Shown one piece after another: positions 1 to 11,273 of a DNA stretch of 64,000 nucleotides; position 1 is the first letter of the stretch; every line of letters begins with the position of its first letter. Position numbers and translations under genes: made by a program. The stretch is from NCBI RefSeq assembly GCF_054482595.1, contig NZ_CM137008.1. One strand, 5' to 3'. Below the pieces are notes generated by a model. The model was not told the origin of the DNA, did not search any database, and saw nothing but the letters and a program-made list of their open reading frames with translations.

Positions 1-16
1 CATTCTCTGTCCCTTC

Positions 17-1231
17 TTAATGCGTAAAAATAGTTTGCTGATAATGTATACTCTGAATTCGATGTATCACAGATTCATGTTCAGGCATGTCGGAAGCATT
101 GCTTGTCTCCACCGCCAGGGATGCAAAGGCGCTGGCATAACACAGTGCTGATTCCAGTGATTTTCCTTTCGCAAGTCCTGATGCCAGAGCGCCGTTAAAA
201 GCATCCCCGGCTCCTGCCGTATTTTTAACGACCGCTGGAAACGCTGGCGAATGAATGAATTTTTTGCCATCAAATGCGAGTGAGCCCTTGCTACCGAGCG
301 TGATAACCGTGTTTTTTACCCCTTTATTGTGGATAGCTTCTGCAGCTCGTTTAGCTGATTCAAGATCGTGTACGTCTATGCCGGACAGTAAACCAGCTTC
401 TGTTTCATTGGGGGTGATATAATCAACATCCTGAATAAGTTCGTTGACGATATCATTATAGGGTGCCGGGTTAATAATGACCGGGATACTGTTTTTTTGC
501 GCCAATGTGATCGCTTGTTGCAGAGCGGTATAATTTGTTTCGAGCTGCAGAAGTATGACATCAGAATTAATAATCGCTTCTTTCTGAATAGTTATTTCAT
601 CGGACGACATTGTCATGTTGGCACCGGGATAGATCGCAATAACATTATCGCCAGTACCTTCATTAACAAGGATCGTGGCAGTTCCGGTTTGCGTTTCTTT
701 CGTTTGATAAATTATACTTTTATAAATCTTAGACGAATTCATAAAGTTGATCGCATAATCACTAAAGTGATCTGTACCTACTTTTGTTATGAAATAAACA
801 TCAGTATCGGCAAAGCTTGCTGCCAGCGCCTGGTTACAACCTTTTCCCCCCGGTGAAAATATAAAATTACTTGCCAGAAGCGATTCTCCGATAGTGGGAA
901 GCCTCGGCAAATAACTGATGATATCAACATTAAACGAACCAATAACGCATACTTGACTTTTCATAGTTGAGTGGCCTTTTTTTATTCCCTGGGCTGTATC
1001 ATAATTTTCAAGCGCATAAGCGATTTCATTTTTCGCAATAGTATCAAGCGAGTCTAGGACGATAAAAGCACCGCCATGACATCGAGTCAGATAGCCAAGT
1101 CTGGCAAGTTCATTAAGATCTGATCGAATAGTTTCTTTCGTTACATTGAGGCTATTGGACAGATCGGATACTTTTACAGAACCGAATTTACTGAGTCGTT
1201 TCAATATTTCATGATGGCGTTCAAATTTCAT
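17..1231 (-). CDS. DeoR-type HTH domain fused to PfkB/ribokinase-family sugar kinase
   Basis: 404 aa ORF. N-terminal ~60 aa resemble a DeoR HTH (VKVSDLSNSLNVTKETIRSDLNELARLGYL); C-terminal ~300 aa are ribokinase-like with the PfkB signature NTAGAGDAFNGAL. Confidence 0.6.
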   Translation of the reverse strand: MKFERHHEILKRLSKFGSVKVSDLSNSLNVTKETIRSDLNELARLGYLTRCHGGAFIVLDSLDTIAKNEIAYALENYDTAQGIKKGHSTMKSQVCVIGSFNVDIISYLPRLPTIGESLLASNFIFSPGGKGCNQALAASFADTDVYFITKVGTDHFSDYAINFMNSSKIYKSIIYQTKETQTGTATILVNEGTGDNVIAIYPGANMTMSSDEITIQKEAIINSDVILLQLETNYTALQQAITLAQKNSIPVIINPAPYNDIVNELIQDVDYITPNETEAGLLSGIDVHDLESAKRAAEAIHNKGVKNTVITLGSKGSLAFDGKKFIHSPAFPAVVKNTAGAGDAFNGALASGLAKGKSLESALCYASAFASLAVETSNASDMPEHESVIHRIQSIHYQQTIFTH

Positions 1232-1337
1232 GCTTCACCTCACTTCAGTTACGTTAATATCTGTCGATGTATATTGATGTGATAATCACCATAAAGTGGC
1301 GGGGAAAAGCAAAAAAAATCAAAAATAGCCGGAGAAA

Positions 1338-1792
1338 AGGTAAGCGTTAATGGAGAATCATATTGATGCTTATTTATTGGTGAGAACTACGTTCCATGGC
1401 AGGAGTTCATCAATACGGTTGGAAGGTTATTCCGGCAGTACGCTCAGGATATGGCGCAGATACTCTTCCGGATCAATGTCGTTCAGAAGGCAAGTGCCGA
1501 TAAGCCCATACAACAGTGCACTGCGCTCGCCGTCGAAGAACATAAAGTTTTTATTTCCGAGACAGATGGCACAAAGGGCTTTTTCCGCGGCATTATGTCT
1601 GCCTCCGCCTGACCGTCAACACTGTAATAACAGAGTGCGCCCCACTGATTCAGTACACAGCTGAACCATTCTCCCAGTCTGGATTTTTGGACAGCGTGGC
1701 ATTTTTCTCCACCATCCACGCATGCAGTGAGTCCAGTAACAGTTTGCTCTTCCTCTGCCTGACCACAAGATGTTCTGGTTCTGGCATACTGA
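1338..1792 (-). mobile_element. IS66-family element 3' remnant (transposase C-terminal region, frameshifted)
   Basis: Minus-strand translation gives LLNDIDPEEYLRHILSVLPE then, after a frameshift, PSNRIDELLPWNVVL, typical of IS66 TnpC C-termini; GTAAGCG-type terminus near 1339. Boundaries approximate. Confidence 0.5.
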
Positions 1793-2560
<768 letters not shown>

Positions 2561-2774
2561 GTGGCTGGCCACCATTCTCGATACAAAACTCTGCTGAATA
2601 GCAGCGATTTTCCCAGCGTGGTGCGTCTTTTGCATTTTACTGGTTCTGAGTTATCAATTATCTGTTCACTAATGACTACTCTAAAAAGTTGTATCAATTT
2701 AAGTGATATAGGGAGTCTGGAGATTCAGGGGGCCAGCCTAGGAACATTGGTTACATTTTTAGTTTCCAAACATT

Positions 2775-4175
2775 TTATTGTTCGAACTTCGGAGCAATCA
2801 GATTATCCAGATTGAATGTCTTCTCCCATTCTTCCTGTGTGAGTAGCTTACGTTCGACAACCACTATCTGATGGAGGGATTTGCCTGTATGGTATGCTTC
2901 GTGCGCCATTTCAGAACACACCTTATATCCCAGATGTGGCTTCAGGAGAGTCACAATACCGCAGGAATGCATTACCATCTCTGCAGTTCGATCGGAATTA
3001 GCTGTAATGCCATCAATGCATTTAGTTCGGAGTGTGTTACAGGCATTCGTCATCACCTTGAGTGAGGTGAACAGCGCAAAGGTGATGACCGGCTCCATAA
3101 CGTTAAGCTCAAGCTGACCAGCAGATGCCGCCAGCATCACTGTGGTGTCCAGCCCCTGAACCAGGAAGCAAGACTGGTTTGTTACTTCCGGGATAACGGG
3201 GTTAACCTTACCAGGCATAATGGAAGAACCCGGTTGCAATTGAGGCAGGTTAATTTCAGCCAGGCCGCAACGGGGGCCTGAAGCAAGCAGTCGAATGTCA
3301 TTACAAACCTTGGTAAGCTTCACAGAGAGGCTCTTCATGGCCGAACTGAGTGCAACATATGCACCACAGTCGCTTGTGGCAGCGATGAGATCTTCACTGT
3401 TCCTGAAATTAATGCCTGTGATCTGGGCCAGATATTTCACGGCTAAAGCGGGATAATCCGGGTGAGCGGTAACACAGGTACCAATCGCAGTAGCACCAAG
3501 GTTTACAACCCGCAGGTGTTCCTGTGCATTACGGATGACCCGAATTTCATCATTAATTGTAAAACCCCAGCCATGGAACTCCTGGCCGAGAGTCATTGGC
3601 ACTGCATCCTGCAGGTGAGTACGTCCCATCTTGAGCACTGTGCTGAACTCGTCAGCCTTTTTGTAGAATGCTCCTACGAGGTGTTCAACAGCTTCAAGCA
3701 ATACATTGCTTCGCAGCAGTAATGCCAGATGTAATGCTGTCGGATATGTATCATTGGTGGACTGACCAAAATTAGCATGGTCGTTTGGCGAAACGCGTTT
3801 GTAATCCCCTTTAACGCCACCAAGTTTTTCTGCAGCAAGATTGCAAATCACTTCGTTGCAGTTCATATTGGTTGACGTTCCGGCTCCCCCCTGAAGCCAG
3901 TCGGTCACAAACTGTTCCCGGTACTTACCATCAATTAATTGGTCGCAAGCCCAGATTAAAGCATCCGCAACATCAGCAGGAATTGTACCTAACTCCTTAT
4001 TAGCCATCGCAGCTGCTTTTTTCACATAACCGAAGGCAATGATGAAGAAAGGCTCCTGACTCATTGGCATTTCAGTGATATGGAAATTATCTTTTCCACG
4101 AAGTGTCTGAACACCATAATAGCAATCATCCGGAATTTCACGCTCACCAAGGAAATCGCTTTCAATACGAGACAT
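2775..4175 (-). CDS. aspartate ammonia-lyase paralogue (class II fumarase/aspartase superfamily), copy 1
   Basis: 466 aa with the superfamily signature GSSIMPGKVNP and aspartase-like N-terminus; clearly diverged from housekeeping AspA as I recall it. Near-identical inverted copy at 23677..25077. Confidence 0.85.
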   Translation of the reverse strand: MSRIESDFLGEREIPDDCYYGVQTLRGKDNFHITEMPMSQEPFFIIAFGYVKKAAAMANKELGTIPADVADALIWACDQLIDGKYREQFVTDWLQGGAGTSTNMNCNEVICNLAAEKLGGVKGDYKRVSPNDHANFGQSTNDTYPTALHLALLLRSNVLLEAVEHLVGAFYKKADEFSTVLKMGRTHLQDAVPMTLGQEFHGWGFTINDEIRVIRNAQEHLRVVNLGATAIGTCVTAHPDYPALAVKYLAQITGINFRNSEDLIAATSDCGAYVALSSAMKSLSVKLTKVCNDIRLLASGPRCGLAEINLPQLQPGSSIMPGKVNPVIPEVTNQSCFLVQGLDTTVMLAASAGQLELNVMEPVITFALFTSLKVMTNACNTLRTKCIDGITANSDRTAEMVMHSCGIVTLLKPHLGYKVCSEMAHEAYHTGKSLHQIVVVERKLLTQEEWEKTFNLDNLIAPKFEQ

Positions 4176-4397
4176 AATATTCTAACTCCATTATTTGAAA
4201 ACAATGTGACAATAACAAATTGTTTAACCGGAGCTATGCTCTCGGAATTTGAATTCTTACATCATTGAAATAACATGTGATATCAATCTGTCAGAATTCT
4301 TCTGACAGTCAGTAACTGAATGCAGATTAACTGCCTGACTAATTATCAAATAGTAACTCTGTAACTACTTCCATAAAGAATGAAAATTATGATTCTA

Positions 4398-5696
4398 TCA
4401 GACCATCATTGGTGCAATCACAAACCCAAATGTCACTCCTGCAATAACACCACCCAACCCGGGTAGCATAAATGGGTGATTTAATAAATAATTGCCCACA
4501 CGGGTTGTGCCGGTAGTATCAAATTCCATCGCGGCGAGTGATGTTGGATACGTTGGAAGCACGAATACTCCCGTAACGGCAACATAAGATGCAAGAATTG
4601 CCCAGGTTGGTATGTTGAGTGCTACAGCCAGAGGAATAATTAACGGCGTAGTCGCTCCCTGTGAGTAAAGTAAAGCGCAGGTAAAAAAAAGAACTAATGC
4701 TAAAAGCATCGGATAAGTTTGTAAAATATCACCGGCGATATCTTTGATCTCAGTTAAATGCGCATCAATAAAGGTGGTACCTAAGGTTACAATACCAAGA
4801 ATCACTGCCAGCGAACTCATTCCAGCACGAAATGTGGAGGTCAGAATAATGTCATCAGTAGACATCTTACACAGTATTACCATCAGGCAGGCAGCAGAGA
4901 GCATGCAAATAATAATAATATCGCGCGTTTCCATCGGTTTGCTGATATCAAAACCCGGACGCAATTGGGGGAATGCAGCAAGAATAACAATGGCGATCGT
5001 CGCCAGCATGAATAATCCGACGGAAAGCGTTGCACCAGGTTTGATGCTGTTATTATTCTCGTATTTTTGCACCAGACCTTTTTGCAGACGTTCAAGATAT
5101 ACTTCGTCATCTTGTAATTCACACCCCTGTCGGGAGGCGATAAAAGCAGCAACCATCGCGGCGACAAAAGAGGTGGGAAGGCATACCGACATCACCTGAA
5201 TAAAACTGACGCCATTAACCTCCATAATAGTGAGCATAGCTGCCATTGCGGCACTGATTGGTGAGCCAGAAATTGCAACCTGTGAGGCGACAACTGAGCC
5301 AGCGAGTGTGCGGGAAGGCCGGATACCGGACTCTTTTGCTACTTCAGCAATTACCGGCAGTGTGGAGAAAACAATAAACCCGGTACCGGCCATAATGGTC
5401 ATTAACCAAGTGATAATCGGTGCGATTATGTTGATATATTTTGGGTTACGTCGCATGAAATTACTGGCTAAACGTACCAGATAATCCATCCCACCTGCCG
5501 CCTGTAAGGCTGAAGCTGCCACAACTACGGTCATAATAATCAGGATCACATCGACTGGCGGTGATCCCATAGGCAGACCAAATCCCAGAGTCAGGATCGC
5601 AAGGCCAAGACCGCCGCATAAACCAATGCCGATTCCTCCCTGACGAATACCAAAAAATATTGCGCCAAGTACAACGATAATTTCCAGCCAAACCAT
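4398..5696 (-). CDS. DcuA-family anaerobic C4-dicarboxylate/aspartate transporter
   Basis: 432 aa polytopic membrane protein; N-terminal glycine-rich helix (GIGIGLCGGLGLAIL) and C-terminal motif TTGTTRVGNYLLNHPF typical of the Dcu family. Confidence 0.85.
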   Translation of the reverse strand: MVWLEIIVVLGAIFFGIRQGGIGIGLCGGLGLAILTLGFGLPMGSPPVDVILIIMTVVVAASALQAAGGMDYLVRLASNFMRRNPKYINIIAPIITWLMTIMAGTGFIVFSTLPVIAEVAKESGIRPSRTLAGSVVASQVAISGSPISAAMAAMLTIMEVNGVSFIQVMSVCLPTSFVAAMVAAFIASRQGCELQDDEVYLERLQKGLVQKYENNNSIKPGATLSVGLFMLATIAIVILAAFPQLRPGFDISKPMETRDIIIICMLSAACLMVILCKMSTDDIILTSTFRAGMSSLAVILGIVTLGTTFIDAHLTEIKDIAGDILQTYPMLLALVLFFTCALLYSQGATTPLIIPLAVALNIPTWAILASYVAVTGVFVLPTYPTSLAAMEFDTTGTTRVGNYLLNHPFMLPGLGGVIAGVTFGFVIAPMMV

Positions 5697-5754
5697 GATG
5701 TTCTCCGTTGTAAATATAATCTTTGTAAAATAACTTTCTGGCTGTGATTTAGAA

Positions 5755-6474
5755 TTATTGAGTTAAATGTTGATCTTTTCCGATACGATTTTCATACCAT
5801 TTTATTCCTGCGCGAACGAGTGAAGCGGTTGAATCAATATAGCGTAAAGGTTGATCTTTAACGGCTTGTGACAGAATAATGGGAATTTCCGTACAACCAA
5901 GAATCAAGATCTCTGCTCCGCGGGAAAATAAATTTTCAGCCTGCTCTTCCATCAATTTTTGCGCATGTGTAACATTTCCCGCTTTAAGTGAATAAATGCT
6001 TTTCATCACATTTTTTTGGCCATCTGCATCCGGGGTGATATAGTTAAACCCTAACGATTCAATTCCTTTCTGGTATAATCCCATATACAGCGTGGCATCA
6101 GTGGCCAGGAGGCCAATTCTAGTTTTACCACAGACGCGAACTTCATCGACCGTAGTATCTATGATACTTAGTATATCAATATGGCAAGCATCTTTTAGTT
6201 CTTTAAACCAATAGTGTGCGGTATTACAGGGAATAACAATACATTCTGCTCCTGCATCTTCCAGTTTATGCATATAGTCACGCATAACGGGTAAAGGCGA
6301 GAGCCCGTTATGCATTAATGCATCGGTACGGTCAGGAATATCCGGGATAGAAGAAATAATTAAAGGTATATGTTCTTGATCTCGTTGTGCTGCTGTAAAG
6401 GTGACAAATTTATTAAATAAGTCGACAGTGGCGGCCGGCCCCATTCCACCGAGCACACCGATTAAACCTTTCAC
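5755..6474 (-). CDS. Asp/Glu/hydantoin racemase family protein (aspartate racemase-like)
   Basis: 239 aa; GGMGP motif and two cysteine motifs (CNTAH, GCTE) as in PLP-independent aspartate racemases; 58 bp upstream of the DcuA-like gene on the same strand. Confidence 0.8.
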   Translation of the reverse strand: MKGLIGVLGGMGPAATVDLFNKFVTFTAAQRDQEHIPLIISSIPDIPDRTDALMHNGLSPLPVMRDYMHKLEDAGAECIVIPCNTAHYWFKELKDACHIDILSIIDTTVDEVRVCGKTRIGLLATDATLYMGLYQKGIESLGFNYITPDADGQKNVMKSIYSLKAGNVTHAQKLMEEQAENLFSRGAEILILGCTEIPIILSQAVKDQPLRYIDSTASLVRAGIKWYENRIGKDQHLTQ

Positions 6475-6577
6475 AATACTTACCTCTCAGAAAATCAATG
6501 CTCATAAACTTAAAAAACCATTTCTCCTTTTTTAACAGTCTCTAAAGGCTATGAGAAATGCAATGATGTACAATGCA

Positions 6578-6592
6578 ATGCAAGACTTGCAT
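6578..6592. promoter_or_regulatory. candidate LysR-type T-N11-A box (palindrome ATGCAA-N3-TTGCAT) in divergent intergenic region
   Basis: Perfect inverted repeat between the racemase operon start and the divergent LysR gene, flanked by repeated TGCAAT motifs. Confidence 0.3.
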
Positions 6593-6813
6593 GATGTAGT
6601 TTTGCAATATACATGAACCATATACTATTGTTGCATGAAGACCTATCATAATGATGAAAATAAACGCTTTTGGGAGAAGTGTTAAACTGGTTTAGATACA
6701 GAAAACGAATGGATTATGCATAAAACGAATAACTTAAATATGCTATCTGCATTCATTACCCCGGTTTTCGGGGGGTATACTAACTAAAATTTGATAATAC
6801 TTGGATAATAGAA

Positions 6814-7713
6814 ATGAAAAATATAGAGACCAAATGGTTATATGATTTCCTGACACTGGAAGCCTGTCGCAATTTCTGTCAGGCAGCAAAAGATCGTAAC
6901 CTTTCACAACCAGCATTCAGCAGACGAATAAAAGCGTTAGAGTCAGCTATAGGTGTTGTTTTGTTCGATCGTACAACCTCTCCTTTACAATTAACTGAAG
7001 AGGGTAGGCTTTTTCACTCCCAGACACGCAGTTTAGTGCAACAGCTTGAATGCAATCTGAATGAGTTAGGGGGGGATAATTCATTCAATTTGCCTAATAT
7101 TAAGATTGCAGCTGCGCACTCATTATCCCTCAGCATGCTACCTAAACTTCTGCACTCACTCACCACCTTAGGCGGAGACTTTATCTATCATGTTGAGGCT
7201 ATTGATGTCGTCCAGGCCGTAAATACGTTACGAGAAGGGAAGAGTGACTTTATTATTTCATTTCGAGATGAGGAGTTTATGCAATCGCCATTTTGTTGTA
7301 TAAAACTGTTTGAATCTGAGTTGTATCCGGTATGTGCTGCTGATCAACAGGGAAAACCGATTTTCGATCTTACCAATTCACAGGCTCCTTTGCTCGACTA
7401 TACTCCAACTTCTTATATGGGCAGACTGGTTAATCGTCATTTGGCAGAACAGGGAGGGATAGCCGGACACACAATATTGGTATCTTCAATGAGTGAACTA
7501 CTAAAAAATATGGCACTCAATGGACTTGGTATTGCCTGGCTCCCTCTCTGGTCAATCGCGGATGAACTGAACACAAAACGACTTGTGTGTCCGTGGCCTG
7601 CTAAATGGGCAGTGCCTATTCAGGCTTATATTTATCGTATGGATACTCGGCTGAACAAAACGGCTGAACACTTTTGGACGATTTTACGAAATAACATTAA
7701 AGAGAATAGCTAG
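6814..7713 (+). CDS. LysR-family transcriptional regulator
   Basis: 299 aa; N-terminal LysR HTH; divergently oriented to the racemase-DcuA-AspA operon. Confidence 0.85.
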   Translation: MKNIETKWLYDFLTLEACRNFCQAAKDRNLSQPAFSRRIKALESAIGVVLFDRTTSPLQLTEEGRLFHSQTRSLVQQLECNLNELGGDNSFNLPNIKIAAAHSLSLSMLPKLLHSLTTLGGDFIYHVEAIDVVQAVNTLREGKSDFIISFRDEEFMQSPFCCIKLFESELYPVCAADQQGKPIFDLTNSQAPLLDYTPTSYMGRLVNRHLAEQGGIAGHTILVSSMSELLKNMALNGLGIAWLPLWSIADELNTKRLVCPWPAKWAVPIQAYIYRMDTRLNKTAEHFWTILRNNIKENS

Positions 7714-8229
7714 AAACATCGTGGACAGTTTTTGTTGAGCACGACAAATCCACGTTTTTCTGGGGGTGAAGGGGGGGAATTCGTTAAACTGGATGTCTTT
7801 TGCTTTAATCAGTTCATCTCCTTCAGGATAATTCTGGCCATTGAGATCACTTTGAGAGGTATTTTTTTCTCTTTTCACATAGTAAATAATAACATTGTTT
7901 AATTAATAACAGAAAATATACTAAAATCAATAATTGTAATAATAAATTATTTGTTGTCCCAGATAAGTTAAGTGTCATTAAAATGCTGGACAATCCTCGC
8001 GTAACGGTATTTAATGACTACAGCACGTTCCAGGAAAAGCAGTGGAAGCAAATATTGGTCATTATGTCGAAAACACCGGAAACGTACTCTATATTGTGTA
8101 GTCATTTATTCAAATGACAGCGTATAAACAAATTGATCAGAATCACATTTTTTTGTGAAAATCATTGTCGAGAGGCAACATTTCATAGTAAGTGTATCCT
8201 ACAGGTCATGTATAAAACCTACATCATGT

Positions 8230-8947
8230 AAACAAACTCATCGAATTGCACCTCCTGTTTGTGGAGGTGCTTTTTTGTGCACAGCTCCCCAGCCAGGCTG
8301 GGGGTTCCGGAAAGCTTTCAGTTTTGAGCCAGTTATTAAAACCTCTTTTGATTTGTTAAAACACCTTGCGGTATGGCAACAGCAAGTGTCAAACAAAAAA
8401 TCAAAAGGGGGACCCAATGGGGAACGAAAAGAGCTAGCGCACCCCGATGGAACTGTAAATATCACATAGTTTTTGCGCCAAAATACCGAAGACAAGTGTT
8501 CTACAGAGAGAAGCGTAGAGCAACAGGCAGTATTTTGAGAAAGCTGTGTGAGTGGAAAAGCGTACGGATTCTTGAAGCTGAGTGCTGTGCAGATCATATC
8601 CATATGCTTGTGGAGATCCCGCCCAAAATGAGCGCATCCGGCTTTATGGGATATCTGAAAGGGAAAAGCAGTCTGATGCTTTACGAGCAGTTTGGTGATT
8701 TGAAATTCAAATACAGGAACAGGGAGTTCTGGTGCAGTGGGTACTAAGTCGATACGGTGGGTAAGAACACGGCGAAGATACAGGATTACATAAAGCACCA
8801 GCTTGAAGAGGATAAAATGGGAGAGCAGTTATCGATTCCCTACCTGGGCAGCGCGTTTATGGACCGTGAGTAACGAAGTTGGATGCAAATGTCAGATCGT
8901 GTGCGCCTGTTAGGGCGCGGCTGGTAAGAGAGCCTTATAGGCGCATG
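8230..8947 (+). mobile_element. IS200-like (IS200/IS605 family) element
   Basis: Y1 HUH transposase ORF with upstream hairpins (GCACCTCC-N6-GGAGGTGC near 8247..8270); right boundary inferred from where dgoT homology stops. Boundaries approximate. Confidence 0.6.
8373..8873 (+). pseudogene. tnpA: IS200-type transposase TnpA, frameshifted
   Basis: WNCKYHIVFAPKYRRQVFY...CADHIHMLVEIPPKMS...YRNREFWCSGY then stop; the remaining C-terminus ([32 protein letters not shown]) continues in another frame. Confidence 0.6.
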
Positions 8948-9391
8948 ACCAGACGTATAAAAACCAACGGCAGAAGCGCGTTCATGTTCCGGGAACCAGC
9001 TGGTCACCATCCGGTTATTGGTCGGGAAAGCGGGCGCTTCGAAAATACTGGTTATCGCGCGCAGACCAATTAATGACATTAATCCCGTGGCAAAGCCCTG
9101 GAATAACGTCGCCACTGACCAGCCAAATATCGCAATAAAATAAGTCACGCGTGAACCTACGCGATCTAAAAACCAACCGCCGGGGATCTGACATAGCGTA
9201 TAAAGCCAGGCGAAGGCCGAAAATACATAGCCCATTTCCGCTTTGGTAATGCCGAACTCTTCCTGAATATGGGCGGCAGCCACGGCCAGGTTAGCGCGGT
9301 CAACATAACAAATGACCACCGTAATAAAGATCATCACCAGCGTCAGATAACGCCGACGCCCCGGCTTTGCTGCATTAACGGGAATATCCAT
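8948..9391 (-). pseudogene. dgoT: D-galactonate MFS transporter, N-terminal ~148 codons only, truncated at the IS200-like junction
   Basis: [37 protein letters not shown]... matches the DgoT N-terminus through ...SAVGFYTSG, then diverges; no DgoT C-terminus beyond the IS. Confidence 0.75.
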
Positions 9392-9510
9392 AGCGAGCTT
9401 TCTCCTGATTTTGGGCATAGCGAAGCCGCTCACCATGCCCTGTAATTTACAGAGGGTTATATTTTTGTATTGCTGTTTTAGTGCCCGATGAGGGGCTTAC
9501 GTGGCAGGAA

Positions 9511-10659
9511 TTACCACTCTGCTACGCTGTTATCTTCATGACGCCAGAGCGGATTACGCCAGTCCGGGGCATTTTTACTGAACTCAATAACTTTAGCTTC
9601 GTCGATTTCCACGCCTAAGCCCGGTTTCGTTAGCGGTTTAAAGAAGCCGCCGACCATGCTGAAGTCCTCTTTGTTTTTCACAAAGTCGAGTAACTCCGCG
9701 CCTTTGTTGTAATGAATGCCCATACTTTGTTCCTGAAGTACGGCGTTATAGGAAACAAAGTCGATATGCAGGCAAGCTGCCAGTGCAATCGGTCCGAGCG
9801 GACAGTGCGGCGCAAGGGTCACGTCATAGGCTTCTGCCATTCCGGCAATTTTGTAGCATTCGGTAATACCGCCTGCGTGGGAGAGATCCGGTTGCAGAAT
9901 CGAAATACCACCCGCCTCCAGCACACGTTTAAAATCGAAACGTGAGAACATGCGCTCACCCGCCGCCAGTGGAATATGCGTTTGTGCCGCCAGTTTCGGG
10001 TAGTATTCGGCCTGTTCTGCCAGCACCGGCTCTTCAATAAACAGCGGGCGATACGGTTCCAGTTCTTTAATCAGTACTTTCGCCATCGGCGCGCTGACGC
10101 GACCGTGGAAATCAAGACCAAACTCAATCTGATTGCCAAAAGCTTCACGAATTTGTGCCACGGTGTTGACCGCCGCATCTACCGCGCGGGAGTTATCAAT
10201 TAGCCCCAGTTCTTCACAACCATTCAGTTTGAAGGTATCAAAACCGATTTCGCGCAGGATTTTTATTCCGTCGATAACATTCGCCGGACGATCGCCGCCG
10301 ACCCAACTGTAGGCTTTAATTTTGTCACGCACCAGGCCGCCCATCAGTTGCCAGACCGGCGAATTCAGCACTTTGCCTTTGATATCCCATAACGCCTGGT
10401 CGATCCCGGCAATGGCGCTCATCAGGATTGGACCTCCACGATAAAATCCGGCGCGATACATCACTTGCCATAAGTCATTGATGCGCGATGGATCCTGACC
10501 AATCAAATAGTCACCCAGCTCGTGAACTGCCGCTTCCACCGTACGGGCGCGGCCTTCGATCACGGGCTCGCCCCAGCCGACCACGCCTTCATCGGTTTCA
10601 ATTTTCAGGAACATCCAGCGGGGAGGTAAACGATACGTGGTAATTTTGGTGATTTTCAT
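9511..10659 (-). CDS. dgoD: D-galactonate dehydratase
   Basis: 382 aa enolase-superfamily protein [32 protein letters not shown]...; position in dgo operon. Confidence 0.9.
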   Translation of the reverse strand: MKITKITTYRLPPRWMFLKIETDEGVVGWGEPVIEGRARTVEAAVHELGDYLIGQDPSRINDLWQVMYRAGFYRGGPILMSAIAGIDQALWDIKGKVLNSPVWQLMGGLVRDKIKAYSWVGGDRPANVIDGIKILREIGFDTFKLNGCEELGLIDNSRAVDAAVNTVAQIREAFGNQIEFGLDFHGRVSAPMAKVLIKELEPYRPLFIEEPVLAEQAEYYPKLAAQTHIPLAAGERMFSRFDFKRVLEAGGISILQPDLSHAGGITECYKIAGMAEAYDVTLAPHCPLGPIALAACLHIDFVSYNAVLQEQSMGIHYNKGAELLDFVKNKEDFSMVGGFFKPLTKPGLGVEIDEAKVIEFSKNAPDWRNPLWRHEDNSVAEW

Positions 10660-11273
10660 TGCACTGCCTCTCGATACGCCTTAACAAATGCTGCTGCCTG
10701 CTGCGCGGTGCGTTCTACGGACTGCCCGGCGCGATAGAGATCGCTGCCTAAGCCTGCCCCTGCACAACCTGCGTCTATCCACTGCGCCAGGTTTTCTGGC
10801 GTCACGCCGCCAACGGCAAAGACTGCGATGTCCGGTGGTAATACCGCTTTTAACGCTTTGATGTATTGCGGACCAAAAGCCGATGACGGAAATATTTTCA
10901 GCGCCTGAGCGCCCGCGTCGAGCGCGGTAAAGGCTTCGGTCGCCGTCGCGCAGCCGGGGCAAACGGTCATGCCGTAGCCCACCGCACGGCGGATCACTTC
11001 ACTATGGATATTGGGCGTAACGATGAGCTGGCAGCCCATCCTGGCGAGCACATCGACCTGTTCAGGTTTCAGTACCGTACCTGCGCCAATCAACGCCTTG
11101 TCGCCGTACGCATCAACGATGGCGGGAATGCTCTGCTCCCATTGTGGGGAATTCAGCGGGATTTCAACTGCGTCGAACCCGGCGTCAATCACCGCGCCAA
11201 CATGCACCAGCGCCTCGTCGGGCGTAATGCCGCGCAAAATGGCGATCAGCGGGAGTTTAGTTTGCCACTGCAT
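10656..11273 (-). CDS. dgoA: 2-dehydro-3-deoxy-6-phosphogalactonate aldolase
   Basis: 205 aa KDPG-aldolase-family protein; 4-bp overlap with dgoD. Confidence 0.9.
   Translation of the reverse strand: MQWQTKLPLIAILRGITPDEALVHVGAVIDAGFDAVEIPLNSPQWEQSIPAIVDAYGDKALIGAGTVLKPEQVDVLARMGCQLIVTPNIHSEVIRRAVGYGMTVCPGCATATEAFTALDAGAQALKIFPSSAFGPQYIKALKAVLPPDIAVFAVGGVTPENLAQWIDAGCAGAGLGSDLYRAGQSVERTAQQAAAFVKAYREAVQ

Noticed and set aside
6763..6778. Hairpin CCCCGG-tttt-CGGGGG considered as a terminator
   Set aside because: No T-run follows on either strand and it lies in a divergent promoter region; more likely part of a regulatory site or coincidental.
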